From Methylococcus sp. (GTDB taxonomy: Bacteria; Pseudomonadota; Gammaproteobacteria; Methylococcales; Methylococcaceae): a DNA stretch of 61,069 nt. Both the position numbers and the translations under genes were made by a program. The notes below the pieces were generated by a model. That model searched no databases and was not told the DNA's origin. It saw only the letters and a list, made by a program, of their open reading frames with translations. Positions 51,323-61,069 of the stretch are shown in pieces. The stretch is taken from positions 1-61,069 of the forward strand of contig QYQA01000003.1 in NCBI GenBank assembly GCA_007280285.1, given 5' to 3'. How positions within the stretch are numbered: position 1 is the first letter of the stretch; each line of letters starts with the position of its first letter.

Positions 51323-51351
51323 TTTATAAATAACATTCCGCTAAATTGCAA
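51323..51351 (-). promoter_or_regulatory. Sigma70 promoter for the 39-aa lipoprotein gene
   Basis: On the minus strand: TTGCAA, 17 nt, TATAAA. Confidence 0.65.
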
Positions 51352-51450
51352 TAGCTTGTTGTGTGCTCGTGATGATTATGAGGTTCCACGCTCTTGAATG
51401 TTGAGGGGTGGTCGCCCGCTTTAAGATCCTTGAGATGCCTTATAGCTAGG

Positions 51451-52323
51451 CTATTGGTTCAGGATATCCAACCCCTCACTGATGGGGGAGTGAAGGGGGT
51501 CACCTGGTGTCCTGCTTCTTTCAAGGCCCATGAAATCAAATAGTTGGCGATCAGCGAGTTGTGAGGGGGCGACGTTCTGCAGCGCCGTAAAGATGGTTTC
51601 AACGCGCCCTGGATGCTGCCTGTCCCAGTCGTTGAGCATCGCTTTCATGGCCTGCCGCTGAAGATTTTTTTGCGATCCACAAAGGTTGCAGGGAATGAGC
51701 GGAAAGCCACGAATCGTGGCATATGCATCAATATCCTCCTCTTTGCAGTAGGCCAGTGGACGAATCACGATATGCGCCTTGTTATCGCTGAGGAGCTTGG
51801 GGGGCATGGACTTGAGGCTGCCGCCATAGAAGAGATTGAGAAAAAAGGTTTGAATGATGTCGTCACGGTGATGCCCCAAGGCGATCTTGGTGATCCCGTG
51901 GTCTTGGGCGAAGCGATAAAGGTGTCCCCGCCGAAGCCTTGAGCAAAGGCCGCAGGTGGTCTTCCCTTCGGGGATCACCCTTCTGACGATGCTGTAGGTG
52001 TCTTGCTCAATGATGTGGAAAGGGATGCCGCGTTCCTTAAGGTAATTTGGCAGCACCTCTTCAGGGAAGCCTGGCTGCTTTTGGTCGAGGTTTACCGCGA
52101 TGATGTCAAAGCTAATGGGGGCGTTTAGTCGAAGGCTGAGGAGAAGATCCAGCAGCGTGTAGGAGTCTTTGCCGCCAGACAGGCAGACCATCACCTTGTC
52201 GCCGGCTTCGATCATGTTGAAGTCGGCGATGGCAGCGCCGGTCAATCGACGCAGGCGTTTCTGGAGTTTGTTGAAGTCGTACCGCTGTTTCTCAGCGAGG
52301 CCTTGGGTGGCGCTATCCGTCAT
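51451..52323 (-). CDS. ttcA: tRNA 2-thiocytidine(32) synthetase TtcA
   Basis: PP-loop CLSGGKDS plus [10 protein letters not shown] and CNLCGSQ cysteine motifs. Start at MTDSATQ, overlapping the fabB end by 11 nt. Confidence 0.92.
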   Translation of the reverse strand: MTDSATQGLAEKQRYDFNKLQKRLRRLTGAAIADFNMIEAGDKVMVCLSGGKDSYTLLDLLLSLRLNAPISFDIIAVNLDQKQPGFPEEVLPNYLKERGIPFHIIEQDTYSIVRRVIPEGKTTCGLCSRLRRGHLYRFAQDHGITKIALGHHRDDIIQTFFLNLFYGGSLKSMPPKLLSDNKAHIVIRPLAYCKEEDIDAYATIRGFPLIPCNLCGSQKNLQRQAMKAMLNDWDRQHPGRVETIFTALQNVAPSQLADRQLFDFMGLERSRTPGDPLHSPISEGLDILNQ

Positions 52324-53530
52324 GCCGCTGAAAGACAAGGCTGGCATTGGTTCCGCCAAATCCAAAACTATTGGACATCGCGAGCTTGAGGTCGGCATTG
52401 TCAAGACGCGCTCTGACAATGGGAACGCCTTCTGCGCCGGGGTCAAGGTTTTCGATGTTGGCAGATGCGGTGATGAATCGGTGTTCCATCATCAACAAGG
52501 TATAGATGGCCTCATGAACCCCGGCGGCCCCGAGGGAGTGGCCTGACAGGGACTTGGTTGAACTGATGTGGGGGATCGCATCATTGAAAACGGACTTTAC
52601 AGCCTCGAGTTCGCGAATGTCACCGATGGGGGTGCTCGTGCCGTGAGCGTTGATGTAGTCGATCGGCCCCGTGATATCGGTCATGGCTTGCTGCATGCAG
52701 CGAATAGCGCCTTCACCTGAGGGTTGCACCATGTCATACCCATCGGAGGTCGCCCCGTAGCCGACGATCTCGGCATAGATTTTAGCGCCGCGACGATGGG
52801 CGTGTTCGAGCTCTTCAAGAACAAGAACACCGCCGCCACCTGAAATGACAAAGCCATCGCGATCGGCATCGTAGGCTCTTGATGCCCGTTCCGGCGTCTC
52901 GTTGTACTTAGACGATAGCGCCCCCATGGCGTCAAAGAGAACCGTCAGTGTCCAATGCAGCTCTTCGCCGCCACCCGCAAAAATAATGTCTTGCTTCCCT
53001 AGCTGAATTAATTCAGCACCATTTCCGATGCAGTGAGCACTGGTGGCGCAGGCGGAACTGATGGAGTAGTTGACGCCCTTGATCTTGAAGGGGGTCGCAA
53101 GACAGGCTGAATTCGTATTGGACATGGTGCGCGGCACCATGTAGGGCCCCACTTTTTTGATGCCCTTCTCTCTGAAAGAGTCCCAAGCCTGGAGGAGATT
53201 AGAGGTCGAGGGGCCACCGGAGCCCATGATGAGACCGGCGCGGGGGTGGGACACCTGATCCTCAGCCAGTCCGGCGTCAGCGATGGCTTCCTCCATCGCG
53301 AGGTAGTTATAGGCGGCACCATCCCCCATGAAGCGGCGGACCTTCCGGTCAATCCGTTCATCGAGATCGATGTCGAGTGGGGCGAACACATGGCTTCTGA
53401 ATCCGAGTTCAGCATATTCAGGGCTATAGCGGACACCTGACGATCCCGATCTAAGCGCGTCGGTCACGGCGGCCTTATGGTTGCCGAGGCTCGATACGAT
53501 CCCGATGCCGGTTACAACAACACGTCTCAT
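52313..53530 (-). CDS. fabB: Beta-ketoacyl-ACP synthase I
   Basis: [17 protein letters not shown], active-site [17 protein letters not shown] and SFGFGGTNA. It is paired with fabA. Confidence 0.93.
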   Translation of the reverse strand: MRRVVVTGIGIVSSLGNHKAAVTDALRSGSSGVRYSPEYAELGFRSHVFAPLDIDLDERIDRKVRRFMGDGAAYNYLAMEEAIADAGLAEDQVSHPRAGLIMGSGGPSTSNLLQAWDSFREKGIKKVGPYMVPRTMSNTNSACLATPFKIKGVNYSISSACATSAHCIGNGAELIQLGKQDIIFAGGGEELHWTLTVLFDAMGALSSKYNETPERASRAYDADRDGFVISGGGGVLVLEELEHAHRRGAKIYAEIVGYGATSDGYDMVQPSGEGAIRCMQQAMTDITGPIDYINAHGTSTPIGDIRELEAVKSVFNDAIPHISSTKSLSGHSLGAAGVHEAIYTLLMMEHRFITASANIENLDPGAEGVPIVRARLDNADLKLAMSNSFGFGGTNASLVFQRHDG

Positions 53531-53544
53531 AGCTACGTTGCTCC

Positions 53545-54087
53545 TCAGAAGTCGTCTGTGGAGGTGAAAAGGCCGACTCTCAGGTCGTTTGCCTCGTATA
53601 TGATGCGACCATCGCACGCCATCTCGGCATCAGCGATGCCCATGACCAGTTTGCGCATCATCACCCGTTTCAAATTGATGCGGTAGGTTACCAGTTTGTT
53701 GCTGGGCAAAACCTGTCCACGGAATTTTACCTCGCCGACCCCGAGGGCTCTGCCGCGGCCTGGGCCGCCAAGCCAGCCCAGATGAAAGCCTACGAGCTGC
53801 CACATGGCATCGAGGCCGAGACATCCGGGCATGACCGAGTCATGTTCAAAATGACAGCCAAAAAACCAGAGATCCTGCTCAATATCAAGCTCAGCCATAA
53901 TGAAGCCTTTATCGTAGAGGCCCCCATTCTCGGTGATGGAGGTAATGCGATCGAACATGAGCATGGGCGGTAGCGGGAGCTGCGCGTTACCGGCCCCGAA
54001 AAGCGCACCATGCCCACACAGCAGGAGGTCGTCTCGCGTATAACTGCTCTGTCGGAGGTGAGCTTTTGGTGATTCAGTCAATGTCAT
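53545..54087 (-). CDS. fabA: 3-hydroxydecanoyl-ACP dehydratase/isomerase
   Basis: [12 protein letters not shown]...[29 protein letters not shown]...GEVKFRGQV. About 180 aa, colinear with E. coli FabA. Confidence 0.95.
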   Translation of the reverse strand: MTLTESPKAHLRQSSYTRDDLLLCGHGALFGAGNAQLPLPPMLMFDRITSITENGGLYDKGFIMAELDIEQDLWFFGCHFEHDSVMPGCLGLDAMWQLVGFHLGWLGGPGRGRALGVGEVKFRGQVLPSNKLVTYRINLKRVMMRKLVMGIADAEMACDGRIIYEANDLRVGLFTSTDDF

Positions 54088-54321
54088 TGCGTTGCAGGAT
54101 TCCTTGCTCGCCGGGGTGGTTGAAGCGTCATCGTTGACGATGACCCCTTGACCTGAAGACGTCTCGAGGCCGAGGCCACGGAGCTTCGCGGTGGGTAGGG
54201 GTGTCTTCAAATAAAAAAGCGTACCATTGTAGCAGAGTCAAGCGTCACTCATTAGAATCTTCACCGTGTTCCCCTCATAGAGATCCGCCTTGTTATCCCG
54301 CTCGACCCTAAAGGACCCATT

Positions 54322-56145
54322 GTGACGACGGATCTTATCGATTGGCGCTCCATCTGGCGCGTGGTCGCTGAACATCGGCGAGAGCTCCTGGTGGCCCAGG
54401 GCCTGGCGATCTTGGCGGCGCTGATGGCGGTCCCGGTTCCTTTGCTGTTGCCGTTACTGGTCGATGAGGTGTTGCTTCAGCATCCCGGTTTAGCGGTCTA
54501 CTGGATGGATGTCCTTTTACCCGCCGAGTGGCGCAGCCCGCTGTCCTACATTCTGGCCCTCATGGGATTGACGCTGTTGCTGCGGATTTTGGCGGCTCTG
54601 TTCAATGTGCTTCAGACGCGAGCCTTTAGTTTAATCTCAAAAGACATTATTTACAGGATTCGGTGCCGGCTGATTCGTAGGCTCGAGCGGATTGCCATGT
54701 CGGAATACGAAAGCCTCGGCAGCGGCTCGGTGATTACTCACATGGTGACCGATCTTGATACCGTCGATCAATTTATTGGGGCGACCGTCTCCAAGACGCT
54801 GGTGGCCCTTCTGACCTTGACGGGTACGGCGATCGTCCTTTTATGGATGAACTGGCGACTGGCGCTCTTTATTCTGCTGCTGAATCCTCTGGTGATTATT
54901 TTGACCCGGCGTCTCGGGCGGCGAGTGAAAGAGCTAAAGCGACAGGAAAACACCGCGCTGGGATCCTTTCAGTTGCTGTTGTCTGAAGTCCTTGAGGGGA
55001 TTCATCAGATTCGGGCCAGCCACCGCGAGCATCACTACATGGGGCGCCTGAGCGATAAGGCCCTATCGGTCAGAGAACATTCCGCGGCGTATGCCTGGAA
55101 GAGCGATGCGGCTGGCCGCATGAGTTTTTTGGTGTTTCTGACGGGATTCGATTTGTTTAGGGGCCTCGCGTTGCTGATGGTGGTCTATTCGGATTTGACC
55201 CTGGGTGAAATGATGGCGGTGTCAGGCTACCTTTGGTTCATGATGGCGCCGGTCCAGGATATCCTTGGCATGCAGGTAGCCTACTATGGCGCGAAGGGCG
55301 CCTTGGAACGGTTGAACCAGTTTTGCCGGCGGCAGCAAGAGCCGAATTACCCGCATCATCAAAACCCCTTCCTAGGAAAGACCACCGTGGGGCTCTCGGT
55401 GAAGGACCTCTCGTTTTCCTATGGCAGCGGTCTTGAGGTCCTGCATTCGATCAATTTGGAGGTGGCGCCGGGTGAGCGGGTGGCGCTGGTGGGCGCCAGT
55501 GGAGGGGGGAAATCGACCCTGATCCAGCTGTTGATTGGCCTCTACCCGTTGTCTAAGGGAATGATCGCGTTTGATGGCGTTGCGATCGATCAGATAGGCC
55601 TCGATGTGGTGCGTGAAAATGTGGTGACAGTCTTGCAGCATCCGGTCCTCTTTAACGATTCGGTCAGAGCTAACGTGACGCTTGGGCGAACCGCAGATGA
55701 TGCCGCGATCTGGCACGCTCTTGAAGTTGCGCAGCTGCGGGAGGTCATTGAGGCCTCACCCCGGGGGCTTGATGCCATGGTCGGTCGGTTGGGTGTTCGC
55801 CTCTCAGGCGGCCAACGCCAGCGCCTCGCGCTGGCGCGGATGGTCCTTCAAGATCCCAAGGTGGTCATCCTCGATGAAGCGACCTCGGCCCTCGATAACC
55901 TCACGGAAGCTAGACTCTATCAATCGCTGGAACGTTTTCTTGCCGATCGCACCACGCTCATTGTGGCGCATCGATTGAGTGCCATTCGCCACGCCGACCG
56001 CATCTTAGTGTTTGAGGATGGGCACATTCACGAGGAGGGCACGCATGAGGCTCTGATGGAGCGCCGTGGTCTCTATGCAACCTTCTTTGGAGCGGGTATT
56101 TCAAGCCCAAGGACTCCACCCGTTCCGGAGGAACGACCGTCATGA
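54322..56145 (+). CDS. ABC exporter, fused permease/ATPase (MsbA-like type)
   Basis: GTG start and six TM segments. Walker A GASGGGKSTL, signature LSGGQRQR, Walker B VILDEATSALD. The substrate cannot be inferred. Confidence 0.88.
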   Translation: MTTDLIDWRSIWRVVAEHRRELLVAQGLAILAALMAVPVPLLLPLLVDEVLLQHPGLAVYWMDVLLPAEWRSPLSYILALMGLTLLLRILAALFNVLQTRAFSLISKDIIYRIRCRLIRRLERIAMSEYESLGSGSVITHMVTDLDTVDQFIGATVSKTLVALLTLTGTAIVLLWMNWRLALFILLLNPLVIILTRRLGRRVKELKRQENTALGSFQLLLSEVLEGIHQIRASHREHHYMGRLSDKALSVREHSAAYAWKSDAAGRMSFLVFLTGFDLFRGLALLMVVYSDLTLGEMMAVSGYLWFMMAPVQDILGMQVAYYGAKGALERLNQFCRRQQEPNYPHHQNPFLGKTTVGLSVKDLSFSYGSGLEVLHSINLEVAPGERVALVGASGGGKSTLIQLLIGLYPLSKGMIAFDGVAIDQIGLDVVRENVVTVLQHPVLFNDSVRANVTLGRTADDAAIWHALEVAQLREVIEASPRGLDAMVGRLGVRLSGGQRQRLALARMVLQDPKVVILDEATSALDNLTEARLYQSLERFLADRTTLIVAHRLSAIRHADRILVFEDGHIHEEGTHEALMERRGLYATFFGAGISSPRTPPVPEERPS

Positions 56146-57029
56146 ATGCCCCTATGGCCCGGGTCTTTGATCTTCACGCGCACTCGACCCACTCGGATGG
56201 GGCTTATCGCCCCAGGGAGCTCATTGAGCGGGCCGTAGCGGCTGGCATTGATGTTCTTGCCCTCACCGATCATGACACCCTGTCGGGCCACTTGGAGGCT
56301 GCGGAAGCGGCCCGCGATCTTGGGATAGGCTTCCTCCCTGGGGTGGAGATTTCAGTGACGTGGCAAGGCAAGACGCTCCATCTGGTCGGGCTCCGGGTCG
56401 ATGCCGCTCATGAACCGTTGATCGCGGGTCTTGAGGGACTCGCCCGTCATCGCGTGCAACGTGCCTTTGAAATGGCGCAGCGGCTGGAAAAGGTGGGGAT
56501 CATCGGCATTTACGATGAGGTTCTCGCGCGGGCAGGTGAGGGGATGGTGACCCGAACGCATTTTGCCCACTGTCTCGCGAGGCGGGGTCTGGCCGCCGAT
56601 GTGAGAGATGTCTTCAACCGCTACCTAACGCCAGGAAAACCGGGCTATGTTCACAGCACCTGGGCTGACCTTGAAACGGCCATTGCGTGGATTCGGGGCG
56701 CCGGCGGGGTGGCCGTCCTTGCCCATCCCATTCGTTATAAACTCACCGGCAGTTGGCTTCGGCGGTTAGCGGTGGAATTCAAGGAATTCGGCGGACAGGC
56801 GATAGAAGTCCTTTCAGGTCAAGCCAGTCCAGGCGATGTTCAGGCCAGTGCGCAACTTGCCAAACGATTTGATCTATTGGGGTCCTGTGGTTCTGACTTT
56901 CATGGGCCCGATCAAGGCTGGCCCAAACTGGGTCGTCTTCCGCCGATGCCGAAGGACGTGACGCCGGTTTGGAGTCTTTGGCCGGATCAGGGGTCTTTGG
57001 TCCCTGGGTGCCCCACTGCAGTGCCCTGA
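56142..57029 (+). CDS. PHP-domain phosphoesterase (TrpH/YciV, RNase AM-like)
   Basis: FDLHAHSTHSDG...ALTDHDT...GVEIS...HP. ATGA overlap with the ABC exporter stop. Confidence 0.85.
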   Translation: MNAPMARVFDLHAHSTHSDGAYRPRELIERAVAAGIDVLALTDHDTLSGHLEAAEAARDLGIGFLPGVEISVTWQGKTLHLVGLRVDAAHEPLIAGLEGLARHRVQRAFEMAQRLEKVGIIGIYDEVLARAGEGMVTRTHFAHCLARRGLAADVRDVFNRYLTPGKPGYVHSTWADLETAIAWIRGAGGVAVLAHPIRYKLTGSWLRRLAVEFKEFGGQAIEVLSGQASPGDVQASAQLAKRFDLLGSCGSDFHGPDQGWPKLGRLPPMPKDVTPVWSLWPDQGSLVPGCPTAVP

Positions 57030-57038
57030 GCCATCCCG

Positions 57039-57608
57039 GTGTTAAGGCGTTGCTCGTGGGCGGAGCGGTCGGCTGTTGAAGCCCGCTATCATGATGAGGA
57101 ATGGGGCTGGCCGGTGCATGAGGATCGGACACTTTATGAGTTTCTGGTTCTTGAAGGGGCTCAGGCAGGACTCTCCTGGAGAACCATCCTTGAAAAGAGG
57201 GCCGCTTATCGTGAGGCCTTTTGTGACTTTGATCCTCAAGCGGTCGCGAACTTTGATGCCTCAGCCCTTGAGGCGTTGATGGCGCACCCGGGTCTGATTC
57301 GAAACCGCCTCAAGCTTCACTCTGCGGTCAATAACGCGCGCGCCTTGTTGAGGGTCCAAGATGATGTCGGCAGTTTTGATGCCTTTGTTTGGGGGTTCAT
57401 GGAGGGAGGCCCCCTCACCCAAGTGTTTCCCACGATGAAGGCGTTGCCTGCGCAGAATGTCGTTTCTGAGTCCTTGAGTCGGGCGCTTAAAGTCCGCGGT
57501 TTTAGCTTCGTCGGGCCGGTGATCTGCTATTCCTTCATGCAGGCGGTCGGGATGGTCAATGATCACCTCGACGGCTGCTTCAGAGTTGACGTTCCGCCGC
57601 GTCACTAG
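57039..57608 (+). CDS. tag: DNA-3-methyladenine glycosylase I
   Basis: GTG start: RCSWAE....YHDEEWG.PVHED..L.E.L.LEG.QAGLSW.TIL.KR..YR.AF. Confidence 0.92.
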   Translation: MLRRCSWAERSAVEARYHDEEWGWPVHEDRTLYEFLVLEGAQAGLSWRTILEKRAAYREAFCDFDPQAVANFDASALEALMAHPGLIRNRLKLHSAVNNARALLRVQDDVGSFDAFVWGFMEGGPLTQVFPTMKALPAQNVVSESLSRALKVRGFSFVGPVICYSFMQAVGMVNDHLDGCFRVDVPPRH

Positions 57609-58417
57609 GCCACAAATTTGATTCCAATGATCATCAGCAGCGTCGCCAAGATGGGACGGAGGATCCGCTCGGGGATTTTCGCGCTGAGATGACTTCCTGC
57701 ATAGATGCCGGGAAGAGAGCCTAACAAAAGGCTCATGAGGAGATGCAAGTCGACGTTACCCATGTGAAGGTGCCCAAGACCTGCAACGGTGGTTAAGGGG
57801 ATGGCGTGGGCCAGATCGGTACCGACAATGCGAACCGTGGCCAGACGAGGGTAAAGGAAAAGGAGCGCGATGGTTCCAAGGGCGCCGGCGCCGACGGAGG
57901 AGAGAGTCACCAAGACCCCAAGTATCATTCCCACCAACACGGTCAGGGGGGTTTGCCAGCGTCCGAAACGCTCGCTGTGCTTTAGTCGCTGCCGTGCGAC
58001 CTCATCGTCAAGCCGCAGTGAAATCAGCCGGTTGCGAACAAAAAGCGCGAGCGAAGTGAAGATGAGGGCGACCCCTAGGCTGAAGGTGATGGCCGATGTC
58101 ACCGCGGCATCTTGAGTGAACACGGTCTCCAGAAGGTAAATGATCAAAAGAGCTGCCGGAATGCTGCCGAGACACAAGTGGAAGACGATTTTCCAATCGA
58201 CGGATCGATGTTTGCCATGATGAACAAAGACCCCAGCGGTCTTGGTGATGGCGGCAAACAAGAGGTCGGTGCCAACGGCCGCTTTGGGGGCGAAGCCGAA
58301 GAGGAACACGAGGATAGGCGTCATCAGGGAGCCACCCCCGACACCGGTTAGGCCCACGAGAAATCCGACCAAGAGGCCTGAAAAAATCTGGGCGATATTA
58401 AGGTCAAGTCCAAACAT
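57605..58417 (-). CDS. TauE/SafE family anion exporter (second copy)
   Basis: 270 aa, about 8 TM segments, GVGGGSLMTPIL motif. Confidence 0.8.
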   Translation of the reverse strand: MFGLDLNIAQIFSGLLVGFLVGLTGVGGGSLMTPILVFLFGFAPKAAVGTDLLFAAITKTAGVFVHHGKHRSVDWKIVFHLCLGSIPAALLIIYLLETVFTQDAAVTSAITFSLGVALIFTSLALFVRNRLISLRLDDEVARQRLKHSERFGRWQTPLTVLVGMILGVLVTLSSVGAGALGTIALLFLYPRLATVRIVGTDLAHAIPLTTVAGLGHLHMGNVDLHLLMSLLLGSLPGIYAGSHLSAKIPERILRPILATLLMIIGIKFVA

Positions 58418-58647
58418 AAATCCCTCATATGGCGGTTCTATCGGCCCTGATGGCCACCATCATGAGGCCATGCGCCCTATGCCGATAAAATGAAGCGACA
58501 ATCAACCGATCAGTCTATCCGATTTCTGGTGGTTGGGTCTTTTGCCGCTTTTTTAGGCGGTTCGTGACGGGATGAAGAGGGTCTTCCCATCGGCCATCGG
58601 TTTGTTCCTCCTTGCTAAAATAGCGGTCATGCATTAGCTTAATCAGG

Positions 58648-58738
58648 CCTAGGGCTAGGGGTGCCCCGGTCGATGAAACCGACTGGGGCTGAGACACACC
58701 CTTTGAACCTGACCCGGTTAGAACCGGCGTAGGAAAGC
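58648..58738 (+). promoter_or_regulatory. TPP (THI-box) riboswitch upstream of thiC
   Basis: GGGGTGCC...GGCTGAGA..ACCCTTTGAACCTGA.CCGGTTAGAACCGGCGTAGGAAA matches the THI-element core. Boundaries are +/-10 nt. Confidence 0.9.
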
Positions 58739-58758
58739 CTCACCAACATGGGCAGTGA

Positions 58759-60702
<1,944 letters not shown>

Positions 60703-60720
60703 GGCCTCGTCCGAAAGGTC

Positions 60721-60745
60721 AAGGCGCCTGGGGATTAGGCGCCTT
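60721..60745 (+). terminator. Possible thiC terminator hairpin overlapping the stop of the convergent small gene
   Basis: AAGGCGCC-tggggatta-GGCGCCTT followed by TGG. The U-tract is weak. Confidence 0.35.
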
Positions 60746-60989
60746 TGGTGAAAAAGTTGGTGAGGGTTTTTTCAATCATCCCCCAAGGCATCACCAAGGG
60801 TTTTTTGGCGATGCTCACCGAGAGGGTCTGATCGAGAATGTCGTAGGTCCCCTTGATGCCATGTCCATCAAATTGACCCTGTGTCGCATCGCCCTCCAGG
60901 GCGACCCCGTTTTTTTGAGCGGCGATCTTGGCGGCGGCAATCACCGCTTCGGGCGGTGCGGTCAGTTGAATGGTAAAAACCTTGCTCAT
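60735..60989 (-). CDS. Small (84-aa) conserved-looking protein of unknown function
   Basis: MSKVFTIQLTAPPEAVIAAAKIAAQKNG...GTYDILDQTLSVSIAKKPLVMPWGMIEKTLTNFF, preceded by SD GAGGAAG. It loosely resembles the small family annotated as polyhydroxyalkanoic-acid-system proteins (from memory, weak). Confidence 0.55.
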   Translation of the reverse strand: MSKVFTIQLTAPPEAVIAAAKIAAQKNGVALEGDATQGQFDGHGIKGTYDILDQTLSVSIAKKPLVMPWGMIEKTLTNFFTKGA

Positions 60990-61069
60990 GTTGGATCTTC
61001 CTCGAAGGAGGCATGGACGCCGACGACCCCGCCGCGCAGTTGCGTAGCACGAGCAGAGCGGCTCCGAAT

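Noticed and set aside
58515-58697. A 60-aa minus-strand ORF between TauE and thiC.
   Set aside because: It overlaps the TPP riboswitch on the opposite strand, has no SD, and its composition is unremarkable.

Overview
This window is core chromosome, not an accessory island. The genome is probably gammaproteobacterial, judged from E. coli-like synteny: ygfB-pepP opposite zapA-ssrS, lgt-thyA, fabA-fabB.

Contents in order:
- pepP/ygfB, zapA, 6S RNA, an EVE-domain gene, sugE, rpiA, nadC.
- A PstS-like binding protein, an OmpA-family porin, an orphan phoR, dsbB, moaDE.
- A large tetrahydromethanopterin (H4MPT)/methylofuran C1 island: kinase-pabB-hydantoinase-like-ATP-grasp, a divergent HisA/F-like barrel, then fae-CitG-like-mptN-mch-ATP-grasp-mptG.
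- sodC.
- The origin-type block mnmE-yidC-yidD-rnpA-rpmH / dnaA-dnaN-recF-gyrB.
- A bestrophin-type channel.
- A second pterin-cofactor operon: DHPS-like-DUF447-mfnB-pyrD-moaC.
- folA plus an OYE reductase, DUF2058, lgt-thyA.
- A persulfide-dioxygenase-like MBL protein with a TauE exporter, and an SDR.
- A heavy-metal RND efflux operon (OMF-MFP-RND-DUF3240) and a yfcH-like gene.
- Two stand-alone micro-genes.
- ttcA, fabB, fabA, an ABC exporter, a PHP/TrpH protein, tag, a second TauE, and a TPP riboswitch with thiC.

Three genes are absent from the supplied ORF track and were found by reading the sequence: edge-truncated pepP, rpmH (44 aa), and a 41-aa membrane micro-ORF. A fourth, a 39-aa lipoprotein gene, lies inside a longer track ORF.

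I recognised no CRISPR array, transposase, integrase, prophage, tRNA or rRNA.

I did not find a convincing new multi-gene system such as a defence island. The best candidates for unexplained biology are:
- the unassigned members of the H4MPT/methylofuran gene blocks;
- the 6S RNA-EVE-SMR arrangement;
- the two promoter-equipped micro-genes at about 50.7-51.4 kb;
- the RND pump with mixed sequence signatures, a DUF3240 partner and a copper-box-like operator.

Every long unexplained ORF I frame-checked lies in the codon-aligned antisense frame of a real gene, and I treat those as shadow ORFs.
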